Assembly (NCBI GenBank): GCA_963774265.1
Contig: CAVZDU010000002.1
Span: 576,001-640,000, forward strand
Origin: an uncultured Chloroflexia bacterium
GTDB lineage: Bacteria > Chloroflexota > Anaerolineae > CG2-30-64-16
Direction of reading: 5' to 3'
DNA: 64,000 nt
Numbering within the stretch: the stretch's first letter is position 1; every line of letters starts with the position of its first letter. The notes under the pieces were generated by a model that saw only the letters and a list, made by a program, of their open reading frames with translations, had not been told where the DNA came from and ran no database searches. Below are positions 52,001-61,274 of the stretch, one piece after another. A program made the translations under genes and the position numbers.

Positions 52001-52370
52001 CCGCCTGTTCACCGAAGGCGATCCCGGGGGCGTGCTCTACGTCGTGGTCAGCGGCCGTGTCGGCATCGAGCAGGAGAAACGCAAGGGTTCTTTTGCGCGG
52101 CTCGCCACGGTCGAGGCTCACTCCTACCTGGGCGAAACCGACTTCTTCGACAACGATTGCCGCACCCACTCGGCCATCGCCATCCAGGACACTCTGACGC
52201 TGCGGTTGCGCCGCGAGCCGTTGATTGCGCTGGCCCGCCAGCATCCCGACCTGTCGCTGGAGCTGATCAACGTGCTCAGCGCCCGGTTGCGGGAAGCCAA
52301 CGAACGCATCGCGGATCTGACACGGACCCATCCCCGGGAGCTGCACAAGCTCTTCGATCAGTTCAGATGA
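49038..52370 (+). CDS. NTT/TLC-like MFS transporter fused to HEAT repeats and a cNMP-binding domain
   Basis: FNVRSGE, W..VN.FY..R.AKR..P, LLYNAVP..K; ~12 TM helices; D....VR..A HEAT repeats; C-terminal cNMP domain. Confidence 0.85.
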   Translation: MRAAGFLGKLFNVRSGEWRRLLLLYCMTLAVVTGLTWADAIVQAAFLQRVGVQYLPWVFISSAACSLGAMFVYSAFADRVSNTRLLIALLAIGGAGILLGLAALASGLVGLGYLLLFLVLQVPLLDVYNIHWATYVNGFYDIRVAKRIVPVLSTASRLAGIVGGLSMPLMNRLLSPTGILLVAIASLAVMALLVAVMPRLLHEQRSKPGPWAGSPAMPQAAPSPSYGARLREGYQQIARSPFLRWMALSTLVMTVLMTLLNYGASAIFQEELKTTVAIADFLGVLGGMANLVVLPFQLFLLSRLIARLGLGNANLVFPLATLASAGSLAVAPGLGTAALAYLDRTALRSAFRNPTDNLLYNAVPSRVKARTRAFVGGLVVPIGAIVGGLLLLTGLMRTSWFLPAAMLVLGLAFALAALMVRRHYGPALVDLLEQEDYSSLALQAPSLQEPTALAAADPPTLARLAQKLSESTSPERATFMAQLIIAVGGDAAVPIVGQAARAATDSRLRTSLVDVLVAADVRRGGARELYTELLADRDGQVRLSAIGGLEQIDGPRDGRYLVVAARLLADSEIDVRLRVLPALLAADDPGMRTAGSGELRALLNASDPRIRARALRVVGQARASGYLPEVVHSLADGADEVRLAAALAVEMLVDDELPAPSREALLASVLDLLHDPIERARMAAIMILGRLSKDGEPHAAAVHERLVGGLADPSPEVRERAIEVLANAGRRAVPQVHEQLNSADPRLRQMAAVVLARIDPRRYAPLVRGPILDGNLLIIYRNLSCSHALAGCPGPVVAVLGRALRERNATLLDEVFYLLATIQDPAAVRTIAHSLRSPQPVVRANAAEALESLTAPQTAALVGPLFEPDLPPEPLLSLARQTWDISIPTPAAAMRLLLSEASDAWQRSLALAALVELSASVDPGSGGEIAELLSLAQADTKGAQNDTALSAVEKVILLKEAPFFQGMTVEQLRVLANVCEEEFFPAEARLFTEGDPGGVLYVVVSGRVGIEQEKRKGSFARLATVEAHSYLGETDFFDNDCRTHSAIAIQDTLTLRLRREPLIALARQHPDLSLELINVLSARLREANERIADLTRTHPRELHKLFDQFR
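51875..52370 (+). repeat. Near-identical DNA copy of 45972-46469 (cNMP domain)
   Basis: Long identical tracts, e.g. cgggtcctcgcaaatgtgtgcgaggaggagttcttccccgccgaggcccgcctgttcaccgaaggcgatcccggggg. Confidence 0.92.
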
Positions 52371-52481
52371 GGGCGATCTTCAAATTTGCGTTGCAGGCGA
52401 GATCGACTAGAATACTTGCAGGTGTGGCCTTCGTGGCAATCGCGAGTCGCCAATACACCTCAGAAATTCCAGGCGGTCACC

Positions 52482-54818
52482 ATGACACGCAGTTTGCTGC
52501 CCACGAGCAACGCCCGCGACGGCTCGCGTCCCCGCCCACCGCGTTACTGGCCGGATCCCTATCTGTTGGTTTGCCTCGTCCTCGGGCTGATCCTGTTTTC
52601 GCCATTGGCCGCGAAGGGAATCCCCCAGGCGCCGGATGCAGCGCTCCACTACTACCGCACCGCGATCTGGCGTTGGGCCTGGGATGACGGTGTGCTTTGG
52701 CCGCGCTGGAGCACCCTCCTCTTCCAGGGCTACGGTTACCCCGCGCTCAACTTCACCCCGCCGCTGCCGTACGTCCTCGCTGCATTGGCCAGCACCATCC
52801 TGCCCGGCGTGCTTGCCGGTTTCAAGCTCGTCCTGCTGGCTGCCTGTTTGAGCTATCCGGCCGGCATGTACCTGTGGGCCCGCGAAGCCCTGAGCAGTGC
52901 GCCGGCAGCGTTGGTCGCCGCGGCCGCCTACAGTTTCGCCACCATCCGCTTTCGCGAGCTGTACTTTGTCGGCGGCACGACGCAGTTCCTGGCCTGGAGC
53001 CTCTACCCGTGGGCGCTGGTTGCATTTCTCCGGCTGGCGAAACGGCCGAGCCGTCGTGTCTTCGTGCTGGCGGTGTGCTCGCTCGCGGGCATCGTCCTGA
53101 CGCACAACATCAGCACCCTGTTGTTCGCGCCGGTCCTGGCCATCTACTTGCTCTATCTGATGATCGCACACCGGCGGCAGCGCTCATGGCCGTGGCTCGT
53201 GGCTGCAGGCGCAGGCGCGGTGCTCAGCGCAGCGATATTTTGGCTGCCCGCGGTTGCAGACATGGCCATCGCCCGCACTCAAGTCCTGACCCAGGGCAAC
53301 TGGGACGTGCGTGTGCATTTCATCCGTCTGCATGACTTCTTCGCCGCGGTGACGCCGCTGGATGATCGCGCGGTGATTCCTGCTTTGCCCTTCAACTACG
53401 GCGCATTGCATCTCCTCCTCGCAGGCGCAGGCGCCTTGACGGCCGTCCTGCCCGGACTACGTCCGGGACGCCGCGGCCACCTGCTGCTCGCCCTTGGGCT
53501 GGTCCTCGTCGCCTCTTTCATGATGCTCCCCGAGTCGTACCCCATCTGGCGCAGCGTGTCCGTGCTGAGGTACGCGGAGTACCCCTGGCGGCTGTTCGGC
53601 GTGGCGCTGCTCGGGATGGCCTTGTTGGCCGGCGCGGCGGTCGATTGGCTGGCTCGCTGGCCGCGCGGCCAGCTCGCCGCCGCAAGCATCCTGGTCTTTG
53701 GGCTGGTCCTCAGCCTCTTTGTTTACCAGTTCCCGCGGCCCTTCCTCCAGTTTGAAGAATCGCCGTCTGCCTTCCTGCGCTATGAGACCAGCTTCCGCGC
53801 GATGGGCACGACGGGCGGCAATGAGTTTCTCCCGCCCTGGGTGGCTGAGCTCCCATCAGAGCCCGCGCTCACCGCGGGGTTGGACCGCCGTGCACTGGCC
53901 TCCGATCAGCCCGGCGTCTCGGCCCGGGTCGTGAGTTACAACCAGGCCGCGCTCACCCTCGATATCACGGCCGATGCGGCGGGCGCCATCCGGGTCGCCC
54001 AGTTCTATTTCCCGGGCTGGCGCGGCCGGCTCGATGGCGACCCCGTGTCCCTCCGGCCGAGCCAGGCCACCGGCATGATCGAGCTCGACGTGCCCGCGGG
54101 ACAACACCGGCTCGAGTTGCGCTTCGGTAACACGCCATTGCGCGCACTGGCCGCATCTCTCACCGCGCTGGGCTTTCTCGGCACGATCGCGGCCGCGGCC
54201 CTGATGAAGCGACCGGGCAAGAGTGCGCCGGCCGAGCGAGGGGGCCTGCGATCCGCCCTGGTCTACACCGGCCTTCTGCTGGTGCTGCTGCTTCTCAAGG
54301 TGGCCTGGATCGGGCCGCAGACAACCTGGTTCCGGCTCGCATCGCCGCCCGGCAAAGCCCTGCCCGCCTCACACCAGGTGCAGGCGCCCGTGGGCCGTGA
54401 TGTGATGTTGATCGGCTACGACCTGGCGCCCTCCACCGTCGCGCCCGGCTCCGAAGTTGAGGTCACGCTCTACTGGCAGGCCACTGCCCCGCTCGGCAAG
54501 GATCTCTCTTCATTTGTGCACCTGGCCGCCGGACCGGAGGCCGCGGTCTTCGCACAGTCCGATCGCCGCCATCCCGGGGATGTGCCGTCGACCACCTGGC
54601 CCATCGATCATTACCTCATCGACGCACACCGCATCCGTGTGCACGCGAACATGCCACAAGACGCTTACAAAGTGATCGTGGGCTTGTACGACCCTGTCAC
54701 CAACGAACGCTGGGGAGAGACCACCCTGGACCTGGCGGTGCACGTGGCGGTTGGCGGCCAGCCGGGGCACAAAAAAGGACCAGGTCTCACATGGAAACCT
54801 GGTCCTGTCGCTGGTTAG
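52482..54818 (+). CDS. GT-C membrane glycosyltransferase (PTPS-related/YfhO-like) with extracellular C-terminal domain
   Basis: D...H..R, WPRW..GYGYP..NF, LTHN, YPWRL, FYFPGW, VTLYWQ..FVHL..GLYD. Confidence 0.8.
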   Translation: MTRSLLPTSNARDGSRPRPPRYWPDPYLLVCLVLGLILFSPLAAKGIPQAPDAALHYYRTAIWRWAWDDGVLWPRWSTLLFQGYGYPALNFTPPLPYVLAALASTILPGVLAGFKLVLLAACLSYPAGMYLWAREALSSAPAALVAAAAYSFATIRFRELYFVGGTTQFLAWSLYPWALVAFLRLAKRPSRRVFVLAVCSLAGIVLTHNISTLLFAPVLAIYLLYLMIAHRRQRSWPWLVAAGAGAVLSAAIFWLPAVADMAIARTQVLTQGNWDVRVHFIRLHDFFAAVTPLDDRAVIPALPFNYGALHLLLAGAGALTAVLPGLRPGRRGHLLLALGLVLVASFMMLPESYPIWRSVSVLRYAEYPWRLFGVALLGMALLAGAAVDWLARWPRGQLAAASILVFGLVLSLFVYQFPRPFLQFEESPSAFLRYETSFRAMGTTGGNEFLPPWVAELPSEPALTAGLDRRALASDQPGVSARVVSYNQAALTLDITADAAGAIRVAQFYFPGWRGRLDGDPVSLRPSQATGMIELDVPAGQHRLELRFGNTPLRALAASLTALGFLGTIAAAALMKRPGKSAPAERGGLRSALVYTGLLLVLLLLKVAWIGPQTTWFRLASPPGKALPASHQVQAPVGRDVMLIGYDLAPSTVAPGSEVEVTLYWQATAPLGKDLSSFVHLAAGPEAAVFAQSDRRHPGDVPSTTWPIDHYLIDAHRIRVHANMPQDAYKVIVGLYDPVTNERWGETTLDLAVHVAVGGQPGHKKGPGLTWKPGPVAG
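54771..54808 (-). terminator. Rho-independent terminator of the zinc-ribbon gene
   Basis: Minus strand AGGACCAGGT...ACCTGGTCCT followed by a T run. Confidence 0.75.
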
Positions 54819-54839
54819 GCTATGGGGCGCTGACTATTT

Positions 54840-55202
54840 CTAGTAGCGTCCACCGCCCGATCGGGAACCGCTGGAGCGGCCGCCGTAGCTGCTGCCGCTG
54901 CTGCCCTGCTGGGTGCGGAAGCAGTCGGAGCAATAAACCGGCCGGTCGCCACGAGGTTGGAACGGCACTTCGGTCTGCTTGCCACATTGGGCGCAAACCG
55001 CCGGGTACATCTGGCGTTCGCTGCCGTAGCTGCTGCCGCCACCGTAGCTGCTGCCGCTGTTGCGCGCAGCCTTGCGGGCGGCGCGGCAGTCGGGGCAGCG
55101 ACTGGGAGTGGAGAAACCCTTGGTTTGGAAGAATTCCTGTTCGCTCTCGGTGAAAGTGAACTGCTGTCCGCAGTCCGTGCAAGTGAGTGTTTGGTCTGAC
55201 AT
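54840..55202 (-). CDS. Zinc-ribbon protein (zf-trcl + CxxC-x17-CxxC)
   Basis: LTCTDCG..FTESEQEFF..RCPDCR; VCAQCG..VPFQP..PVYCSDCF; G/S-rich tail. Confidence 0.9.
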   Translation of the reverse strand: MSDQTLTCTDCGQQFTFTESEQEFFQTKGFSTPSRCPDCRAARKAARNSGSSYGGGSSYGSERQMYPAVCAQCGKQTEVPFQPRGDRPVYCSDCFRTQQGSSGSSYGGRSSGSRSGGGRY

Positions 55203-55378
55203 GTTAGTCTCGCTAACTCCTGTTGGTGATATATTCATGGAGATATCCAGCAGTGCAAGAGGAGCGAGGCGTTTATTCTGAAGGAGCAACTAGGCCTGAC
55301 CGGTTCCGGACCACTGATTTCTATGAATTAACTAGATAATATCACAGCCCCGACGAAAATGCAAATCCAGGACAAACG

Positions 55379-56853
55379 TCAGCGTCGCGTGCCGTGGCAG
55401 TGCTTGAACTTCCTCCCACTCCCGCAGGGACAGGCATCGTTGCGGCTTGCCGCGGCAAATGCCGCCTCCAGCCTGGCATCTTCCCTCGCCAGCACCTGGG
55501 TGATCTCCGCGGGCGAACGGCCAGCGCTGTACAATTGAGCCATGACCCGCATCGGCCGGTCGATATGGGTGAAAAAGGCCTTATAACCCGCACACAGATA
55601 ATTCAGCCCTGGCTCGCCGTCCGGCGTCTCGATAAAACGGTTCTTGGGGCATTCGCCATGACACGCGAAGCGCACCTGGCATTCGCGGCAGGTGGCTGGC
55701 AGGGTGTCCCGCTTCGCTGCACCGAACCCGCGCTGCCGGTCCGAGGCGACCAGCTCGACTAGGTGGCGTTCCTGGATATTGCCAAGTAGATAATTCGGCT
55801 CCACGAAATGATCGCAGGGATAGACATCGCCGTTGTGCTCGACCGCCAGGGCATCGCCGCACGTCTCGCTGAAGATGCACAGCGACGCGGGTCCCCCCAG
55901 CCACGATGCCAGGCTGGCCTCGAACAGGGGCAGATACATGTTGCCCACGTCGCGGCGCACCCACTCGTTGAAGATGGCGATCAGGAAGCGCCCCCACTGC
56001 TCCGCCGTGACCGAGCGCTCGGTGACGGTGCGCCCCTCCTGCAGGAGCGTGCGGCCGTCCGAGTTGACGCGCTCGACGATGGGGATGAACTGCACCCACT
56101 GGACGCCCAACTCGTCGCGCATGAAGCGGTAGACGTCCAGCGGGTGATCGGCATTGGCGGCATGGACCGTCGTGAGGATGTTGAAGTCGACCCCGTGCTT
56201 CTGGAGCAGCCGGGCCGCGGCCAGCACCCGGTCGAAGGTAGGTCCGCCTCCTTGTCCACGCGATACGCGTCGTGCAGCGGCCGCGGCCCGTCGATGCTCA
56301 GTCCCACCAGGAAGTTGTGCTCGCGGAAGAACGCGCACCAGTCGTCGTTCAGCAGTGTGCCGTTGGTCTGGATGGTGTGCTCGATCTGCATGCCCGGCCG
56401 CGCGTATTGGGCAGCGTAGCCCGCCGCGCGCCGGTAGAAATCGAGCCCCATGAGGGTGGGCTCGCCGCCCTGCCATGCGATGGTCGCCTGGTCGGTGCGC
56501 TGCGCCTCGAGATACTGGCGGATATAGGTCTGGAGCAGCTCGTCGCTCATGCGGAAACGGCTGCCGGGATAGAATGCCTCCTTGGCCAGGGAGAAGCAGT
56601 ACTTGCAGGCGAGATTGCAGGCGGACCCCGTGGGTTTGGTCAACACGTGGAAGTAGGGGGGCGCGTCCTGTAGGGGCAGGGCTTGCCCCTGCCCCGTCGC
56701 CTCCTCATAATCTGCCGCATGTGCCGGTGATCGCACCTGTGGTAGTGGCAGGGCTTGCCCCTGCCACGTTTCTCCTGGGCGCGAGCCAACTACCGGGCGG
56801 GGGCAAGCCCCGCCCTTACCCTTATGCGGACCGTTTGCGGCCGGTGCGGTCAT
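55379..56853 (-). CDS. Anaerobic sulfatase-maturating radical SAM/SPASM enzyme with SEC-C tail (frameshift ~56240)
   Basis: CNLACKYC, WQGGEPTL, QTNG, YPCDH, CRECQ..CHGECP, CPCGSGRKFKHCHG. Confidence 0.93.
56670..56819. repeat. Three GTAG-type REP palindromes (two direct, one inverted)
   Basis: 56670-95 GTAGGGGCAGGGCTTGCCCCTGCCCC; 56742-67 GTAGTGGCAGGGCTTGCCCCTGCCAC; 56795-819 reverse GTAAGGGCGGGGCTTGCCCCCGCCC. Confidence 0.85.
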
Positions 56854-56875
56854 CGGTCTGCTCCTGCGCCGTCCC

Positions 56876-59328
56876 TTACTGGTTCGCCATCAGGCGGTTG
56901 TAGATGTTCTCCGGCGGCTCGTAGTACGCCACTGCGTCCTTGCCGATGTCGACGGTCACCGAGTAGATCTTGCCGTTGAAGTCGTTGTCGCGCACCGGGT
57001 AGTCTTCGGTGACCGGCGTGGCCGGGTCGCGCCCGACGTCCAGCGTCTCGTCGAATGAGAACGTGAAGGGAACCGTCTTGTCGATGCGGCCCTCGCCCAC
57101 CTTCTTGTTGCCCACGTACAGGGCGCCCGTGCCGCCCGCACCCGTCTTTGCACCGCCCTCGTAGGTGAACTTGTACTGCACGGTCACCCGGCCGGCGGGC
57201 AGCGGCTCGGACGCGACGACCGGGTATTCGGCGATCCCCACGTAGTTGTGGCAGTACTTGAGCACGCCGTCCTTGACGTACAGCGACCAGCCGCCGAAGC
57301 GGCCGCCCTGCGCGATGATCACGCCGTTGGCGCCTTCTGCCGGCACCTCGAGGTCGGCAGTGATCGTGTGCGATTTGTTCTTGACGTTAGGGACGGTGTT
57401 CTCCATCAGTTGGCCCATGCCGGTGTAGAACGTCATCGAGGTGCGCCCGCCCAGCAGGTCCGGCCGCCCGGCAATCTCGGGATTGGTAAGCTCGGTGCGG
57501 CGGTCGTCCAGCGGGAAGACGTTGTACTTGGCGGCCTCGATCAGGAACAGATCCTTCAACTCCGCCAGCTTCTCGGGGTACTTGGCCGCCACGTTCACGG
57601 CCTGGCTCCAGTCGGTGCTGCCGTCGTACAGCTCCCAGACGATCGTCAGCCCACGTGCGTGTATCTCTCGCGAACGAGCTGTGGTGCTGCACCACCGCGC
57701 TCCAGCCCTGGTGGTAGATGCCCCGGTTGCCGAACATCTCGAAGTACTGCGTGACGTGGCGGTCGGGCGCCTTGGCGTCGTCGAAGGTGTAGGCCATGCT
57801 GACGCCCTCGATCGGCTTCTGGGTCACGCCGTGCACCATCACCGGCTCGGGCAGCCCGGCACACTCGAGGATGGTGGGCGCGATGTCGATCACGTGGTGG
57901 AACTGGCTGCGCACCTGGCCCTTGGCCTTGATGCCCTTGGGCCAACGCACGGCCATGCCGTTGCGCGTGCCGCCCCAGTGCGAGGCGATCTGTTTCGTCC
58001 ACTGGTAAGGGCAGTTCATGGCATGCGCCCAGCCCGCCGGATAGTGGTTGTAGGACTTGACGGTGCCCAGGTCGTCCAGGTGGGCCAATGTGTTCTCGAC
58101 CGTATCCGGCACATAGTTGATCGTGAGCATTTCGTTGTACGTGCCCGTTCGCAGACCCTCGGCGCTGGCGCCGTTGTCGCCGGCGATGAACATGACGAGG
58201 GTGTTGTCCAGCACGTCCATCGCCTCGCAGCACGTCCAGGAACCGCCCGGCGTAGTCGTCGGTGTGCTCGGCGAAGCCGGCATAGATTTCCATCAGGCGG
58301 GTGGCCAGGCGCTTCTCGTCGGCGGTCAGCTCCGTCCAGTCCTGGATCCCATCCGAACGGGGCGTCAGTTGCGCGTCTTGCGGCACGATACCCAGCTTCT
58401 TCTGGTTGGCCAGGGTCGGTCTCGCGCACCGCATCCCAGCCCTGGTCGAACTTGCCGGCGTACTGGTCGCTGATACTCCTTGCGGCACGTGATGCGGGGC
58501 ATGGGTGGCGCCGAACGAGAGATAGACGAAGAAGGGCTTGTCAGGCGTCAGCGCCTGCTGCGCCTGCACCCAGGCGATGGCGTGGTTCACCAGGTCAGGC
58601 GTCAGGTGGTAGTCCGGGTCTTCCGGCGGCTCGACCGGGGTGGTGCCGTCGAAGAGGGTCGGCGCCCACTGGTTGGTCTCCGCGCCGACGAAGCCGTAGA
58701 ACTTCTCGAAGCCCTCACCGGTCGGCCAGTGGTCGAACGGACCGGACGGACTGACCTCCCAGACGGGCGTCTGATGCATCTTGCCGAAGGCCGCCGTGTT
58801 GTAGCCGTTCAGCCGCAGCGTCTCGGCGATAGGGGCCGCACTGTTGGGGCGCACCGAGTTGTAGCCGGGCGCGGTGGTGGCCGTCTCGGTGATGCTGCCC
58901 ATGCCGACCGAGTGATGGTTGCGGCCGGTCAGCATCGCCTGGCGCGTCGGGGAGCAGAGCGCGGTGGTGTGAAAGCGATTATACGTCAGGCCCTCGGTCA
59001 CCACGCGTTCCAGCGTGGGCATGTTGATTGGGCCGCCGAAGGCGCTCGGGGCGCCAAAGCCCATGTCGTCGATCAGGATGATGACTACGTTCGGCGCGCC
59101 CTCCGGTGGGCGCAGTGGCTTCGCCGGTTGGGGCGCCAAATCCTTGCCGTACAATGCTGAGGGGTACGGCTGCTGTATGTCGGGCATGGGCAGGATTTCC
59201 CGCCCGCCCGGCTTTTTGGGCGCCTCGCCGGGTGCTGCCTGTGCCGGCTGCCCCACGCTACCTCCCGTCGCAAGCGCTGCGGTGGCAGCCGCCCACCCCT
59301 TCACAAAGTTCCGACGCGACAATTTCAT
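56876..59328 (-). CDS. Tat-exported Cys-type arylsulfatase (several frameshifts)
   Basis: SRRNFVKG Tat motif; PNVVIILIDD; CSPTR..LTGR; GKMH; DNGAS; LamG-like C-terminus. Confidence 0.92.
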
Positions 59329-59482
59329 GTTGTGCCTCCTGTTTGCTTTGTTTGAATCCCGGGCGGGCTGGTCGCTCTGCCAGACCTGCCCCTGCTATTG
59401 CGTTGCTCCTCCGTGGGTAGGACAGGTCAGCAACCCAGGCCATGTCGTCGATGGCCGCGGGGGTGCGCGGCGGTGGGAGGTG

Positions 59483-59650
59483 CTACTGTCGGGCCTGCCG
59501 TGGTGGTGGCGCCCCTGTCGGCTCTGGAGGAGGTGAGACCGGTGTAAACAAGCTGGGCGGGAATTGCAGGTGGCGTTCGGCCAGCCGGGCCACTGCCCCG
59601 TCGGCGAGGACCTTGGCCAGTGCCCGGTTCAGGTGCGGCGTAGGCGTAGA
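59483..59650 (-). pseudogene. Possible 3' fragment of a family-3 solute-binding domain
   Basis: LNRALAKVLADGAVARLAERHL followed by a Pro-rich linker; no N-terminal part. Confidence 0.3.
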
Positions 59651-59741
59651 TGCCAGGCATGGATACTCCCCTGCGTTGGAGAAGACCGTCAGGGTGAAGT
59701 ATATCACACGAGATGCATCGCCGCTACCGCCGCTCGGTAAC

Positions 59742-61183
59742 GGTAGTGTATCCCGATCGGTTGAAATTCGTCTGAGGGTGGAAACCTGGTAAGGTCAGGT
59801 TACAACATCAATACCACGCCAGGAGACCACCCCGATGCGCAGCGTACTCCCGGAATGCCGGCAAGTCAACGGCCATGCTTTGATCGAAGGGGCCATTGCA
59901 GAGGCTCATCACCACCTGCTCAACCAAATCGGGCACGGAATCGGCGAGCGTTTGTACGCCGCGGCCGAATACGTCTTGGGCCGGGCGCCCTACGTGCGGC
60001 GGGGCCACGTGGCCAGCAGTCTGGAACAGACCCGTGCGTGCCCCAAGTGCCACACCGTGCAGAGCCAGCAGTTCAGTCGCAACGGCAGCCGGCCGCGCCA
60101 TTTGCTGACCCGCTGGGGCGAAGTGCCGCTGCGCTGGCCCCGCTTCGTCTGTGAGTGCGGCGGCAGCATCACCCTCGATCTGGATGATTGGCTGGCGCCC
60201 TACCAGCGCATTGGCAGCGATGTCGACGCTCAAATTCAACGCTGGGGCGCCCTGAGTATCAGCCTGCGCGAGATGCAGGGCGAACTGGCGCATAGCTATA
60301 TGGGCGTGTTGGGCCAACGCACCCTGCTCCAGCGCTTACACCAACTCCAGCAGCTCACCCCGGGCGCCGATGAGCGGCCCACGCCGCCGATCGTGCAGTT
60401 CGATGCCATCTGGTTCACGCAACTGTGTGCGACCGGGCAGTGGCGCACCGACCGCAAGGGCCGCAAGCGCGCCGTCAAGGGCCGCCGGAAGCGCTGCCTC
60501 CTGATTGCGTTAGGCGTCTGGCCGGAAACCGGCCGCCAGGAGGATCTTGGCCTGGCGGCTGGCCGACAGCGAGGATGCCGAAAGCTGGCTCGCCTTTCTC
60601 AGTGAACTGGAAGCCCAAGGCTTCCGCGGCGAACTGGGCCTGGAATTGATCATTCATGATGGCGGCAGTGGTCTATGCGCCGCACTCACCACCATCCACT
60701 TTGACGCCATCGAGCAACGCTGCCTCTTCCATAAGCTCCGCAACATCTGGCAAGCCATTCGCATCGCCGACGATTTGCCCGCAGCTGAACGGCGCCGCCA
60801 GCGCCGGGCGATCTACCGCGATTTCGTCGCCATCTTTCAGGCCAAACAGCGTGCCACCGTCTTGCGCCGCGCCCTCAAGGTGCTGCAGAAATATCGCAAC
60901 ACCCAACCCGATGCTGTGGCCACGCTCCGGCGCAACTTCCGCGCCACCGTGGCTTACTTCCTCCTGCAAGAACGCCATCCCACCTGGCGCCGCAGCTTTC
61001 TCCGCACAACCAGCCGGCTCGAACGCTTCAATCGCTGCCTGCGCCGCCGCATTCGGAGCGCCAACGCCTACCATTCCGATGCTGGCGTCTTGGCCATGAT
61101 CGCACAGGAGGTGGATCGCAAGTTCATCCTACCTGCCATGCGCAAGTTCAACACACACTTCCAACCGAAAGCGATACACTAAC
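59742..61183 (+). mobile_element. IS256-like insertion sequence with both TIRs and 8-bp TSD
   Basis: Left GGTAGTGTATCccgaTCGGTTGaAA; right reverse GTTAGTGTATCgcttTCGGTTGgAA; TSD TCGGTAAC at 59734-41 and 61184-91. Confidence 0.9.
59835..61182 (+). CDS. IS256/Mutator-family transposase (frameshift ~60545)
   Basis: QFDAIW, E....W..FL..L, IHDG..GL, QRCLFHKLRN, RTTSRLERFN. Confidence 0.85.
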
Positions 61184-61274
61184 TCGGTAACATCCAGGAA
61201 TTCCAATGCTCCCGGCCGGTTAAAGTAAGGGGATTTCCAAAAGATGCGACCAGGCAGGGATCAGATGTAGCGGT

